Position numbers and translations under genes: made by a program. From a virus, in IMG/VR virus record IMGVR_UViG_3300021511_000005, positions 45,479-109,478 of that record: DNA of 64,000 nucleotides. The stretch is one strand, 5' to 3'. The stretch's first letter is position 1. Every line of letters starts with the position of its first letter. The notes beneath the pieces were generated by a model. The model was not told the origin of the DNA and ran no database searches. It worked only from the letters and a program-made list of their open reading frames with translations. Positions 9,500 through 19,178 of this stretch are shown one piece after another.

Positions 9500-9717
9500 T
9501 GATCGGGGCTCTGAAGGACTTGGTTTGGGCGTTCCTCCACCGGGTCGAGATGACGGTCGATATCTTGGACAAGGCTCCGGCACTGAGCTTCCGCCAAGCG
9601 TGGGGGATGGCCTGCCAGACGATGCGGCAGGTAGAGCTGGAGGAGCTGGAGGATCTGCGGAAGCAGGTGGCCCGTATGCGGGACCTACGGGACGATTTGC
9701 GGAAACGGAGGACTTGA
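9496..9717 (+). CDS. hypothetical protein
   Basis: Coupled to neighbours. Confidence 0.45.
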   Translation: MMIGALKDLVWAFLHRVEMTVDILDKAPALSFRQAWGMACQTMRQVELEELEDLRKQVARMRDLRDDLRKRRT

Positions 9718-9884
9718 TGCACTGGACATGGAAATTCGCGATGGTGGTTGCCGTCATGATCTATGCGAGCCTGGCGATCTGGGGATCGGAGTATATCTGT
9801 CGCGGAGCTTTGGCCGGGACCGCGTTGACCTACGTGCTGGAATTGGTCCCCTGTTGGCGGCGCAGGAGGCACCGATGGACTTGA
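9717..9884 (+). CDS. small two-helix membrane protein
   Basis: GGAGG RBS; two hydrophobic segments. Confidence 0.45.
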   Translation: MHWTWKFAMVVAVMIYASLAIWGSEYICRGALAGTALTYVLELVPCWRRRRHRWT

Positions 9885-10240
9885 AGCTGGTTCCGGGTGA
9901 CAACGCCCTGATCAACACGGTGAGGGCGGCTCGCCAGCTCCTGTTGGCGCGGAAGGCCTGGCTGGAGAAGGAGCGGACCCTGTATGTGGAGCGACTCACC
10001 AGCAGACACAAAGGCCTCGAGCCGGACTTGGATCTGATGAACGAGTTGGAGGACGAGCGCTTCCAGGTCCAGGCGGAGGGGTTGTCCTACGAGGCCATGG
10101 CGGCAGAGTTGCAGGTCCTGGTGGACGGCTACGAGATCGTCCGCGAGCGGGGAGCCAACGGTTACCGTGTGGAGATCCGCGTGGAGCCCATTTCCGATTC
10201 CAACAACTTTGTGGATCCACCCGACAAATCGACACCTTAG
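9875..10240 (+). CDS. hypothetical protein
   Basis: AGGAGG RBS. Confidence 0.6.
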   Translation: MDLKLVPGDNALINTVRAARQLLLARKAWLEKERTLYVERLTSRHKGLEPDLDLMNELEDERFQVQAEGLSYEAMAAELQVLVDGYEIVRERGANGYRVEIRVEPISDSNNFVDPPDKSTP

Positions 10241-10303
10241 ACGACACCCCGAAGATCCGCGGAAGGGCGGAAGGATCGGGGGCGACAGCAAACAGGAGCC
10301 GAC

Positions 10304-11359
10304 ATGAGCGAAACTATAGACAGAATCGTCGCAGTGGCCAAGTTCGCGGACGCCAAGAGCGACATCAACAGCAGCTTCCAGACTGTCCAGTTCACCAAGG
10401 GACGCGTGGCCGCTTGCAGCTACGAGGGAGGGGCGTCCATGAGTATCGATGTGGACGTCAAGGCTGTGGTGGCCGCGTCCATCCTGCTGAAGGTCTGTAA
10501 GGCGATGCCCAACGCGGAGCTGTCCATGACGGAGCCGGAGAAGGGGTCCAAGGAGCGTCCGCGGCTGCAGCTCCGCCAGGGCGAGTCCGTGGCGGTCATC
10601 GACACCCAGCCGGACCAAACGGCCCCCAGAATCCCCAAGCCAGCCAAGAAGGCTACCTGGCATGAGGTCAGTGGGCTGGACGAGTTGGCGCGTGTGGCTT
10701 GGTGTTGCTGCGCGGATCCCACGCGGAGGCACATGGCGGGCGTCTACCTGGGCCAGTACGGGATGGCCGCCACGGATGGTCACGCCGCTGTGATGCTGCA
10801 GACACCGGGGGACCTGACCAAGGAGCTGGGGGAGAACGGACAGATCGTTCCGCCGGCGATGATGAAGGGTTTGGGAAGCCCGGTGATGATGACGTCCAGC
10901 GGGCGGCAGCTGTTCTTCGCGGAAGACCCCAGCTCCGGCGATTTCCGTGTGGCCAATTGCTACGACGGACGATTCCCCCCCTTGGACCAGGCGATGAAGG
11001 GCGTGTGGAAGCAGCCCAAGATGGAGGTCCCACGGGTCGAGTTCGAGGACATGGTCAAGTCCGCCAAGCTCGCGGACAAGAATCTGGTCCTGGCCGTGGA
11101 AGGTCAGCGGCTCCGCGTGGTGGTGGACCGCGGACGGATGGTCCAGACCCTGTTCGACTTCGAATCGGCCGTGAGCTTCGAGGGGAAGGTTCCCCCGGGC
11201 TATATCGGGTTCGGCGCTCATCTGGTTCTTCCGGCGCTCCAGGCCTGTGACAGCGATACGATCCAGGTCTTCCTCAATCCCCACGAGAAGGGGAGCATCG
11301 AGCCGATGGGCATCAGGGACGGTGGATACAAGGTCGTCATCATGCCCACGCGGATGTAG
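10304..11359 (+). CDS. dnaN: DNA polymerase III beta sliding clamp-like protein
   Basis: 351 aa; AGVYL...MAATDGHA, DGRFPP, IGFGAHLVLPAL..CDSDTIQVFL and C-terminal VVIMPTRM match beta-clamp motifs. Confidence 0.82.
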   Translation: MSETIDRIVAVAKFADAKSDINSSFQTVQFTKGRVAACSYEGGASMSIDVDVKAVVAASILLKVCKAMPNAELSMTEPEKGSKERPRLQLRQGESVAVIDTQPDQTAPRIPKPAKKATWHEVSGLDELARVAWCCCADPTRRHMAGVYLGQYGMAATDGHAAVMLQTPGDLTKELGENGQIVPPAMMKGLGSPVMMTSSGRQLFFAEDPSSGDFRVANCYDGRFPPLDQAMKGVWKQPKMEVPRVEFEDMVKSAKLADKNLVLAVEGQRLRVVVDRGRMVQTLFDFESAVSFEGKVPPGYIGFGAHLVLPALQACDSDTIQVFLNPHEKGSIEPMGIRDGGYKVVIMPTRM

Positions 11360-11362
11360 CCG

Positions 11363-11590
11363 GTGACCGTCCAGGAGCTGCGAGTGGTGCTGGCTGATCT
11401 GCCGGCGGAGATGCCAGTGTTGGTCCCCACGGGGACCAACTGGGCCTTCGTTGTCGAAGCGGGAGTGGAGGTCGTTTCCATCAAGGGAAGACATATCGCG
11501 TTGTCCGCAAGCGCGGGGTCAGGATTGGGAGTGGAGCTGCGGGGTTTGTTCTTGAAGCCTTATGAGGGCGATGGAGACAGGTATCCATGA
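11363..11590 (+). CDS. hypothetical protein (MTVxELxxxLxxLP phage family)
   Basis: Typical phage small-ORF N-terminus. Confidence 0.55.
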   Translation: MTVQELRVVLADLPAEMPVLVPTGTNWAFVVEAGVEVVSIKGRHIALSASAGSGLGVELRGLFLKPYEGDGDRYP

Positions 11591-11796
11591 TGCGTTCGAG
11601 CTGGATCTTGAAACTGGTGTCCGCGGAATGGCAGAAGCGGCCATTGACCAAGGCGGAGGCGGAGCGGTTGGTGATGTACCTGGACCATCTGGACAGCGCG
11701 GTGGCGGAAGCTTCTCTGGCGTTTGGACAGATGGAGGGCCACGCGCGGACGTTCTACAGATGTACTCAGGCCGCTGATGGGCGCGCGGACGAATGA
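11587..11796 (+). CDS. hypothetical protein
   Basis: ATGA-coupled. Confidence 0.45.
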   Translation: MMRSSWILKLVSAEWQKRPLTKAEAERLVMYLDHLDSAVAEASLAFGQMEGHARTFYRCTQAADGRADE

Positions 11797-11827
11797 CATC
11801 CGCAGCTCCCCGCGGAAGGGTAGAGGT

Positions 11828-12007
11828 ATGAAGGATCCGACGTTCATGGATTACAAGGACTGGAAGCGCCGCCACTTGAGGGAGTGCCGTTACACGTCCA
11901 TGGACGCTAGGCGGTCCACGCTGAGTCGGACGGTCATGTGTGCCAAGTACTTTGTGGGTCGGCGCTGCATGTGGAGGTGGTGTCCCCTGCGGAAGGAAGA
12001 TCCATGA
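11828..12007 (+). CDS. small Cys-rich protein
   Basis: GAGGT RBS; four Cys. Confidence 0.4.
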   Translation: MKDPTFMDYKDWKRRHLRECRYTSMDARRSTLSRTVMCAKYFVGRRCMWRWCPLRKEDP

Positions 12008-12204
12008 AGTTGACGATCGAGCTGCCCGAGGTGGACGTGGACGAGGCGATCCGCGCCTTGTATGGGGTTCGTCGGTGGTGTCGGCTGTATTCCGATGAGG
12101 GGCTGCGGGAGCCAGAGATGGGCGATGAGCGGTTGTTGGAGCAGGACGCGTGGAACGTGCTGGAGGTGTTGCGGAAGGCCTTGGAGAGGGGGCGCGGACG
12201 ATGA
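12004..12204 (+). CDS. hypothetical protein
   Basis: ATGA-coupled. Confidence 0.5.
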   Translation: MKLTIELPEVDVDEAIRALYGVRRWCRLYSDEGLREPEMGDERLLEQDAWNVLEVLRKALERGRGR

Positions 12205-12716
12205 AACTGGTCCGATTGATCGGCGGCAAGCCCGCGCCGGAGGCCAAGTTCGAGGTGACCGTCCACGGCTACTCCATGATGATCAAGTGTCCGTGTGGAA
12301 CGGTATGGACCACCACGGTCCCGGGTCCGGGGAGGCAGCGGGAGGAGATGTGCCCCAGCGGCTGTGGACACGGGATTGACGTGGACGCACGCCCGATAAT
12401 GGAGGTCCAGTGGGTGGATCTTCCACCGCCGGGGCCCCTGGAGGATGTGCTGCGGAATTTGACCTATCCGGTCCCGGAGGTCTTGCGGAACGCTTTCCGT
12501 ATTCCGGAGGAGCGTTTCCACAGGGAGTATCTGTGCGAGCCGGTACCGGCCGGCTTTGACTGGTTCTGCGGGGTCTGCCGGTTGGGTTACTACTCGCCGG
12601 ACGTGAAACGGTCGGACGCGGACAGCAATCCGCTGTGTCGCTGCGGACGGGTCCTGAACGGTTCACACGAACAACCCCCAGGACTGCGCTGGGTAGGAGA
12701 AGACGATGGGGACTGA
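12201..12716 (+). CDS. zinc-ribbon protein
   Basis: CPCG...CPSGCG and CGVC...CRCG. Confidence 0.55.
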   Translation: MKLVRLIGGKPAPEAKFEVTVHGYSMMIKCPCGTVWTTTVPGPGRQREEMCPSGCGHGIDVDARPIMEVQWVDLPPPGPLEDVLRNLTYPVPEVLRNAFRIPEERFHREYLCEPVPAGFDWFCGVCRLGYYSPDVKRSDADSNPLCRCGRVLNGSHEQPPGLRWVGEDDGD

Positions 12717-14382
12717 CTACTATCTGATCGACCCGAAGGCCCGGCAAGTCCTCTACATCGACCGCGCGGGCTCTGACTTCTGCTGCGTCCATCCCGGTCC
12801 CGAGCGCCAGAAGGTCCCGGACCACGGGACCGTCCGCGTGGTGACCGCGGGAGTCTTGGAGGCAGTGAGGGAGAGCCTGGAGGATGATGGGCCGCACGCG
12901 GACTTGCGCACGAAGGACGCCTACAATTGGTGCCTGGGGCGGACGCCGGTCCTGCTGGTGGACGACCACAGCTCCGGGGATGAAGTCGCGTTTGCATTCT
13001 GCGGTATGGTCTCTGCCGGCGAGGTGGAGGGCTGGTCCGCGGCGCCGGACGCGGGGACGGACCCCCGTCCGCGGAGCCAGCAGGAGCGGTGGGACAGCGC
13101 CATGTTCGAGCTGCGGGAGGCCGGCGTGGACGTTCCGCGGATGGCCATCGAGCAGGCGATGCGGAACTACGTCCGCCTGGGCCTGGGCAAGGATGAGCGG
13201 AAGGCCGCGGACGAGGCGATCCCCCACCGGATGTCCGCGGAGGGGATGAAGCTCCAGTACGAGCTGGACGTCCGCGACTTCGACGCGGGCGTGGCGGACA
13301 CGGCCCACACGGTCCTGGTCCTCCGCAGCAAGGACCCCGGCCACGGTTTCCACCAGCCGGTCTACGGCGCGGTCTTCCAGGAGGAGTGGAACGGCGAGGA
13401 CGACCCAGAGGCCCAGGGCGTCCGCATCGGCTACGGGCGGGACGTGCTGTCCGCCATCCAGGACCTGCTGGGCTCGGAGTCCGCGGAGGTGGACGAGGGC
13501 GACCTGCCCGGGCGGACCACCGGCGCGGAGCTTCCGCGGGAGGTGATCTTGGAGGCGGCGCTGGCGGACGCCTACGGACGGATCGAGCAGCTGCTGGAGG
13601 AGCGCCGGCCTCTCCTGGACCAGGCCAACGCGCTGGTCCTGTCCATGGAGCAGCGGGAGGCCATCGGGGAGGACTGGCACCCCTACTACGATCAGTGGCT
13701 GCGGACGTTCGCGGAGTGGTGCGCGCGGATGGGGCCCGAGTACTGGGGTCACCGGGATGCCGCCCACCTGGTCCGCTCCCTGTTCGCCAAGCTGTCGGGC
13801 TTCGAGCCCCAGGAGTCGCCGGAGCCCCGGCCGCTGTTCTACCCGACGATCCGCGGCGGCGAGCCTGAGCGGGACCAGGAGCGCCCGCAGACGTCGGAGC
13901 TGGAGAAGGACCCGGACCCCCAGAACGCCTACTGGGCGCAGCGGCGCGAGTCGGTGGAGGCCGGTCCGCCGGAGTGGCGTCAGCGCCGGCCGCCGCGGAC
14001 GACGCGCGACAGGAGCGTGACCCACGAGGTCGTGACCCGCTTCAACGTGGAGACGGGCTACGTCGAGTGGCGCGGCTACCGCATCCTGCTGGGCGCGCTG
14101 GAGCCGCTGGACCAGCCCCTTCTGCAGAGCAACGGCCACCTGTTGGAGGGCGTGATGTTGCTCCACGAGGTCTGGGAGGACATCGCGGAGAAGTTCATGC
14201 TGGGCGTCCCGCCGGAGAAGTCTCTGGCGGACATCCTGACGGGGGACATCACGGAGCGTGTCCGCGCCTACCTCGACCGGATCCCGCGGGTGACGGAGGA
14301 CGACCTGGCGGACAGCCACGGCGGGCCGGAGCTGGGCTCCCCGGCCCCCCACAAGCTATGGACAGGAGAGGACGATGGATAA
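12706..14382 (+). CDS. large hypothetical mosaic protein
   Basis: 558 aa, strong GC3 bias, AGGAG RBS. Confidence 0.75.
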   Translation: MGTDYYLIDPKARQVLYIDRAGSDFCCVHPGPERQKVPDHGTVRVVTAGVLEAVRESLEDDGPHADLRTKDAYNWCLGRTPVLLVDDHSSGDEVAFAFCGMVSAGEVEGWSAAPDAGTDPRPRSQQERWDSAMFELREAGVDVPRMAIEQAMRNYVRLGLGKDERKAADEAIPHRMSAEGMKLQYELDVRDFDAGVADTAHTVLVLRSKDPGHGFHQPVYGAVFQEEWNGEDDPEAQGVRIGYGRDVLSAIQDLLGSESAEVDEGDLPGRTTGAELPREVILEAALADAYGRIEQLLEERRPLLDQANALVLSMEQREAIGEDWHPYYDQWLRTFAEWCARMGPEYWGHRDAAHLVRSLFAKLSGFEPQESPEPRPLFYPTIRGGEPERDQERPQTSELEKDPDPQNAYWAQRRESVEAGPPEWRQRRPPRTTRDRSVTHEVVTRFNVETGYVEWRGYRILLGALEPLDQPLLQSNGHLLEGVMLLHEVWEDIAEKFMLGVPPEKSLADILTGDITERVRAYLDRIPRVTEDDLADSHGGPELGSPAPHKLWTGEDDG

Positions 14383-16342
14383 GCTACAGGCGCTGGAGGA
14401 GCGCATCCTTGAGCTGCAGAAACGGGAGAAGGTGGTGGCTGCTTTGGAGAAGCGGCTCGCCCAGGTGGAGGGTCTTCTCAGCATGCCCGAGGATCAGGAC
14501 GAATCCCTGTGGGGTCTGGAGAAGCGGGTCAGGGCCCTTGAGAGCATCGAGCTGCGGTTGGCCCAGCCCCTGGCGGACCGACAAACGGAGCTGGCTGGGC
14601 GGATGTCTGAGCTGGAGGAGCTGGCCGGGCGGATGTCTGAGCTGGAGGAGCTGGGACAGCGGCTGTTGGGCACGTTGGAAGCGCAGCCCCATCAGCTCTT
14701 GAATCTGGCGTCCACAACGAAGCTCGAGGATCTGGAGGATCGGGGCAAGGCCGGGCTCAAGCGTCTGCAGGCGCTGGAGATGCGATGCTCCAGGATGGAG
14801 ACGAACACAGATGAGTGGCTGGCCAAGGTGGGGGACCAGGCCTCGGGGGCTCTGCAGCGGGTGGCCCGTCTGGAGGAGGATCGGGGGGAGATGGAGGCTC
14901 TGGAGGCCTTGGCGGACAAGTTCGATTCGATGGGGGGGTGGTCCCGGCTCCTTGACGACGTCCAGCCCCGGCTGGAGGCCCTGGAGGCCAAGGCGGATCG
15001 GTTCCCCGATGGGATGGGGCAGCAGGCGATGAAGCGGCTTGAGGCGTCGGAGCAGGAGTGGGTGATCTGCCAGGCCCGTATCATGGCGCTGGAGGAGTTC
15101 GAGGTGGATGGGCAGCGGCTCACTCGAAAGCGTTTCGACGTGCAATTGTTGAGTCGGTTTCAAGAGCTAGAGGAGTTGATGGAGCGGGTCCAGGAGCGGG
15201 TGATGGACGGCTTTCGCCAGCGTCCGCGCTGTGTGGACTGTGGTGCGGCGATTAAGGCTCCAGCATGCCGCTGTCCTCAATGCAGTGGGGGGGAGCCTGT
15301 TGGCCTAGCGGCGCGAGTCGCAGTGTTGGAGGAGCAGGCGCCATGGGCGGACGCTTTCCGCAGTCTGCGGAAGCGAATAGAGGGGTTGGAGGAGGATCCA
15401 AGCCTCGCGGGGCTCCAGGGGGCCATTGACGGCGTGGAGGATGCTGCCGAGCTGGCGCGCGGACGGCTGGAGAAGCGGATCGATTTGTTGGAGACGACGC
15501 AGAGCGATGCCGCCCGGGCGCGGACGGAGATTCGGGAGCATCTGTCCCGGGCGATGAATGTGCCGGGCAAGGCGATCAACGGGTTTGAGCGCCGGCTTCA
15601 CGCGATAGAGGCAGCGCAAGCGGGCCAGGTCCTTCTGGACAAGGACCGGGCCGTGGAAGCCCAAGAGCTGAGCCATGGCCTGGCCAACCAGGTGGACGCT
15701 TTGAACGCACTGGACGGCCGTGTGGCTGTCCTGGAGACGATGCCAGACGAGGGTCCGGTGGTGGGCAAGCCCTTCCGCAATACCAAGGACCTGCAGAACG
15801 TTTTGAGTGGCACGGTGATGGGCGGATTCATCCCCAGTCCCCAGGCCCAGGCGGAGGTGAATCAGCATGTCCGGAACCTGCAGGACACGGCCGCCTTGCT
15901 GCAGGGGTTGGCGGAACAGCAGGAGCTGGCCGGGGCCTATCCGGCGAATAGCGAGCTGGCGGGACCTTGCGACTGTCCCCAGATGCCCTGTGAGCATGAT
16001 AACCTGCCACCGTTGTTCGCGAACGGGGAGCGCGCGAACCTGGTCAAGCTTCAAGCCCCGGTCCAGAGTCTGGTCCGTCCAGTCGGGTGGGTGATGACGG
16101 ACTACGTGGGGGCTGTGACGGTGGAACAGCGCGGGGAGGTCATCAAGCTCCGCGGCGATTGCCTGGTGACCTGGACCTCCGTGGGGGATGTGTGGGTGGC
16201 CGTATTGGGCGACAATGCTATGGTGTCCGGTAAGGTAAGGGCTTGGGAGGCTGCGGGGGCAAATCCAATGACCTTCGAGTCCAAGCCGGTCTTGGAGGTG
16301 GAGGTCATGGAGGTCAAGCGCTACGGCGACAAGGCCCATTGA
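14375..16342 (+). CDS. long coiled-coil protein with internal zinc finger
   Basis: Repeated RLxxLE heptads; CVDCG...CRCPQC. Confidence 0.75.
   Translation: MDKLQALEERILELQKREKVVAALEKRLAQVEGLLSMPEDQDESLWGLEKRVRALESIELRLAQPLADRQTELAGRMSELEELAGRMSELEELGQRLLGTLEAQPHQLLNLASTTKLEDLEDRGKAGLKRLQALEMRCSRMETNTDEWLAKVGDQASGALQRVARLEEDRGEMEALEALADKFDSMGGWSRLLDDVQPRLEALEAKADRFPDGMGQQAMKRLEASEQEWVICQARIMALEEFEVDGQRLTRKRFDVQLLSRFQELEELMERVQERVMDGFRQRPRCVDCGAAIKAPACRCPQCSGGEPVGLAARVAVLEEQAPWADAFRSLRKRIEGLEEDPSLAGLQGAIDGVEDAAELARGRLEKRIDLLETTQSDAARARTEIREHLSRAMNVPGKAINGFERRLHAIEAAQAGQVLLDKDRAVEAQELSHGLANQVDALNALDGRVAVLETMPDEGPVVGKPFRNTKDLQNVLSGTVMGGFIPSPQAQAEVNQHVRNLQDTAALLQGLAEQQELAGAYPANSELAGPCDCPQMPCEHDNLPPLFANGERANLVKLQAPVQSLVRPVGWVMTDYVGAVTVEQRGEVIKLRGDCLVTWTSVGDVWVAVLGDNAMVSGKVRAWEAAGANPMTFESKPVLEVEVMEVKRYGDKAH
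14588..14654 (+). repeat. 30-bp tandem duplication (ELAGRMSELE x2)
   Basis: gagctggcYgggcggatgtctgagctggag twice plus a partial third copy. Confidence 0.9.
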
Positions 16343-16818
16343 TGCCGATCCTGGATAGTGTGAGGGGGCAGCAGCCTACGATGGGATCGTGGGGGGCGCC
16401 GGCGACGGTGGACGGGACGCCGGCGATGGATACACCTCTATTTCGTCGATGTACGGGCCACTGCTGTCAGTGCTTCTGTCTGGGGGGTATGTCTCTCGAG
16501 GACTTCCGCGAGAACCTGCGGCGCTCGCGACTGCCGGGCGGCTACTTGTCGCAGGGCTGGCCCCAGCGATGTTCCAATGGGAAGTTTCTGCAGGGGCCGG
16601 TGGTCGATATCGAGCTGATCGTGGATATGCTGATTCCATGGAAGGAAAGCGATCCACGACCAGTGAGTCGATCATCAGGGACCCCGGATAGCCTTCCGCG
16701 GTTCACCTGCCGGTACCTGGACGGGGATCGCTGTAGTATCTACAGTCGGCGGCCGCACTTCTGTCGGAGCTATCCGAATGGGGCGTGTGAATACCGAGAT
16801 TGCACGAGGGAGCATTGA
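16342..16818 (+). CDS. YkgJ/FliB-family Cys-cluster (Fe-S/Zn) protein
   Basis: CTGHCC...CRYLDGDRCSIYSRRPHFCRSYP. Confidence 0.78.
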   Translation: MPILDSVRGQQPTMGSWGAPATVDGTPAMDTPLFRRCTGHCCQCFCLGGMSLEDFRENLRRSRLPGGYLSQGWPQRCSNGKFLQGPVVDIELIVDMLIPWKESDPRPVSRSSGTPDSLPRFTCRYLDGDRCSIYSRRPHFCRSYPNGACEYRDCTREH

Positions 16819-17035
16819 CCAAGGTCAATCTGATCCGCGATCACCCGCTGACCTGGCGGATGGTGAAGGGCGCGCGCAAGGGTGTTTGTCGGTACTACAC
16901 GGCGCAAGGACGGCCGCCGCGGCGCGATTCGATTCTGTGTCTGGGGCTCGAGGGCGCGTGGCGGCCATGCCTGGATCGAGAGATCTGCCTAGAAGTGGCA
17001 CCGGGCCAGCGGCGTGGTGTAGACTCGAAACGCTA

Positions 17036-17278
17036 ATGGGGCAGCTCACGGACAGTCAGCGGAGGATCTTGGGGATCCTGGTTGTGGAGCATGGATGGTG
17101 GGCCAAAGCGACGAGCTTGGCGTCCATGCTAGGCATCAATCCCCAGGGCTGCGGGATGGCGCTGAAGGGGCTCTACAAGCGGGGGCTGGTGGACCGTCGG
17201 CCGCCAGCTCCCAAGGACTCGGCGGAGTATCGGATCAACGCGGAGGGCATCAAGGAGGCCCAACGCCATGGAGAGTAG
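17036..17278 (+). CDS. winged-helix DNA-binding protein
   Basis: LTDSQRRIL...LASMLGI...ALKGLYKRGLVDR...YRINAEG, MarR-like pattern. Confidence 0.65.
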   Translation: MGQLTDSQRRILGILVVEHGWWAKATSLASMLGINPQGCGMALKGLYKRGLVDRRPPAPKDSAEYRINAEGIKEAQRHGE

Positions 17279-17567
17279 ATATCGCGTGGACCTGGCAGTC
17301 TTTGATCCCCCGGAGGGAGAGGACGAGGAGCCGGCCGTGGTTTGCCAGATGACGGCTCACGGGGCCAGTTTGGAGGGCGCCATCGCCAACGCGATCGTGG
17401 CGATGGCGCCGCATATCATCCACATGGGCTACGAGTTCATGGTGGTGGGCGCGGGGGTCTTCTGCGACGTCCACGGCTGCTACCACGAGATCCGGAATGT
17501 TCTGGGCCATGCCGCGGAACAGCCGGAAGTGGTCTTCGAGGGACCGCCGGAGCCGGCGGTCAATTGA
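17268..17567 (+). CDS. hypothetical protein
   Basis: AGGAGG RBS. Confidence 0.55.
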   Translation: MESRYRVDLAVFDPPEGEDEEPAVVCQMTAHGASLEGAIANAIVAMAPHIIHMGYEFMVVGAGVFCDVHGCYHEIRNVLGHAAEQPEVVFEGPPEPAVN

Positions 17568-17571
17568 GGCC

Positions 17572-17787
17572 ATGATGGTCCACGAGGTCTTGTTGTTGTG
17601 CGAATGGAAGCTGGAGGCCTTCGAGCAAGCGCTGGGAGTCGAGTGGCCCTACATCCGGTTGGCGCTGCGAGTGTGGCGTCAAGCCCTTGGGCTGTGGCCA
17701 CGGGGGGTCATCGGTCCGGAGCGCCAGCTTCCAGCTTACCAGTTCTTCTACGGGCAGCTGTGGCGATTGAAGGGGGTCACGAGGTGA
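17572..17787 (+). CDS. hypothetical protein
   Basis: GAGG RBS. Confidence 0.4.
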   Translation: MMVHEVLLLCEWKLEAFEQALGVEWPYIRLALRVWRQALGLWPRGVIGPERQLPAYQFFYGQLWRLKGVTR

Positions 17788-18041
17788 CGACGATCAAGGA
17801 GGCCTTCGCGAAGGTGGCTGTCGTTTTCACGGATGGCGCGATGGACAAGTTGGTCTACGGGCCGGGCAAGGACGGGGAGCCTGTCCGCATGATGTCCGAG
17901 CTGAAGAAGGGAGACCGTTTCCGCGAGTTCCGGTGGGATGGTCCGATCGAGGTTGCCGGTGGAGACGCTTATCAGATGGACAATCCACCGCCTGGGCCGA
18001 AGGGGAAGCTCTGGTGCGTGCCGATGGACCGGAGTCGCTGA
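17784..18041 (+). CDS. hypothetical protein
   Basis: GTGA-coupled. Confidence 0.5.
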   Translation: MTTIKEAFAKVAVVFTDGAMDKLVYGPGKDGEPVRMMSELKKGDRFREFRWDGPIEVAGGDAYQMDNPPPGPKGKLWCVPMDRSR

Positions 18042-18298
18042 TGGCGGGCAAGCGGGCGTTGAAGGCCTACCTCGCGGTCCTGGAGGCCTTGTCCACCGGG
18101 CCCAAGATGAAGACCGATTTGAAGCGGGCCTGCGGCTACGACGTCATCCGCGAGTACCCAGCTCTGGATCGTCTGCTTCAGGATATGCGAGTGGCCGGGG
18201 TCATTGAGTGCCGCGGCAAGACCTGGGTCTTGGCGGAGGGCAAAGAGCTGTGCCCCCAGTGCCATGGCCGGGGGATCTGGGATAAGGAGACGGGTTGA
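18041..18298 (+). CDS. winged-helix protein with C-terminal CxxCxGxG
   Basis: VLEALSTGPKMKTDL...LLQDMRVAGVIECRGKTWVL; CPQCHGRG. Confidence 0.55.
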   Translation: MAGKRALKAYLAVLEALSTGPKMKTDLKRACGYDVIREYPALDRLLQDMRVAGVIECRGKTWVLAEGKELCPQCHGRGIWDKETG

Positions 18299-18443
18299 TG
18301 AGCAAAGACAAAGACAAGGATACGGGTACAGACAGGGATCTGTTACGGGAGGGGGTGGGTCACCAAAACGATCAGATCGATGAGGCCATGAGGGAAGAGA
18401 CAAGGGATGATCGAGGGGGCGGGGATCGCGAGGAGAACGGCAA

Positions 18444-19073
18444 GTGATGTGGAGCTGGATGAAGGCGAGTCCCTGGACCTTCGCTGTCGGTGGTTTGATT
18501 GCTGTTTTGGCGGTGGGTGGTGTTATCTACGCATTGGCGACTCACAAGAGGCGGATGGCCGCGCGGGACAAAGGGCTGATGATTCGTGATGGTCACCGAC
18601 TTCGCTGGAAGCGGGAGGACTTGCCCCTGGGGGTCTGGTTCCATCCGGGCCTTGCTGACGAGCTGCTGGAGGCCTGGAAGGGTGCCACGGCGTTGTTCGA
18701 GCAGGCCGTGGGGCGGCCGCTGTTCATGATCCCGCTGATGGCCCCTAATGACCTGGACCTGGACAAGCCGCCGCGGGGGAACGTGGTCCTGAAGACGACA
18801 GACCCCCAGGGCGATATGTCGAGCGACCATGGACGGACGGAGCACCGCTACGACAAGCGGGACGGTTACTTGATCAGCGCCATTGTGTCGTTGCCCTGGG
18901 TTCCGCGGACCGGGCTCCACCGGCATGTGGCGGTCCACGAGATTGGTCATGTCTTGGGTCTGGACCATGACGATGTGACGTCGTCCATCATGTTCCCAAC
19001 GTTGAGCTTGCGGAGGACGCCGGGGACGCTGTCCGATCTGGACGCGCAGAGGCTCAAGGATATCTATGGTTAA
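18444..19073 (+). CDS. membrane-anchored matrixin (M10-like metzincin) metallopeptidase
   Basis: N-terminal TM helix; HEIGHVLGLDH zinc motif; SSIMFP Met-turn; LSDLD. Confidence 0.85.
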   Translation: MMWSWMKASPWTFAVGGLIAVLAVGGVIYALATHKRRMAARDKGLMIRDGHRLRWKREDLPLGVWFHPGLADELLEAWKGATALFEQAVGRPLFMIPLMAPNDLDLDKPPRGNVVLKTTDPQGDMSSDHGRTEHRYDKRDGYLISAIVSLPWVPRTGLHRHVAVHEIGHVLGLDHDDVTSSIMFPTLSLRRTPGTLSDLDAQRLKDIYG

Positions 19074-19143
19074 GGTAGGGCCGGCCATCGAGTCGGAGGG
19101 TTGGCGCCCGGTGGTGGGGAAGGCGCCGCTATAAGGGGAGGGG

Positions 19144-19172
19144 TTGACAGGTAGCCGGGCCTAGGGCACCTT
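19144..19172 (+). promoter_or_regulatory. sigma70-like promoter TTGACA-N17-CACCTT
   Basis: Perfect -35, 17-bp spacer, xAxxxT -10, in an intergenic gap. Confidence 0.55.
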
Positions 19173-19178
19173 GGAGCC

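Noticed and set aside
11793-11830. Additional copy of the cassette leader (ATGACATCCGCA...GCGG)
   Set aside because: Spacing is wrong, and there is no GGTCA, hairpin or GGAGGCTC, so it is too degenerate to count.
12283-14352. Long minus-strand ORFs (689 aa here; also 9830-11494, 41382-43277, 47164-48858, 49711-51705, 56360-57811)
   Set aside because: These are antisense shadows of strongly GC3-biased + strand genes; they have no motifs or RBS and lie opposite credible + strand genes.
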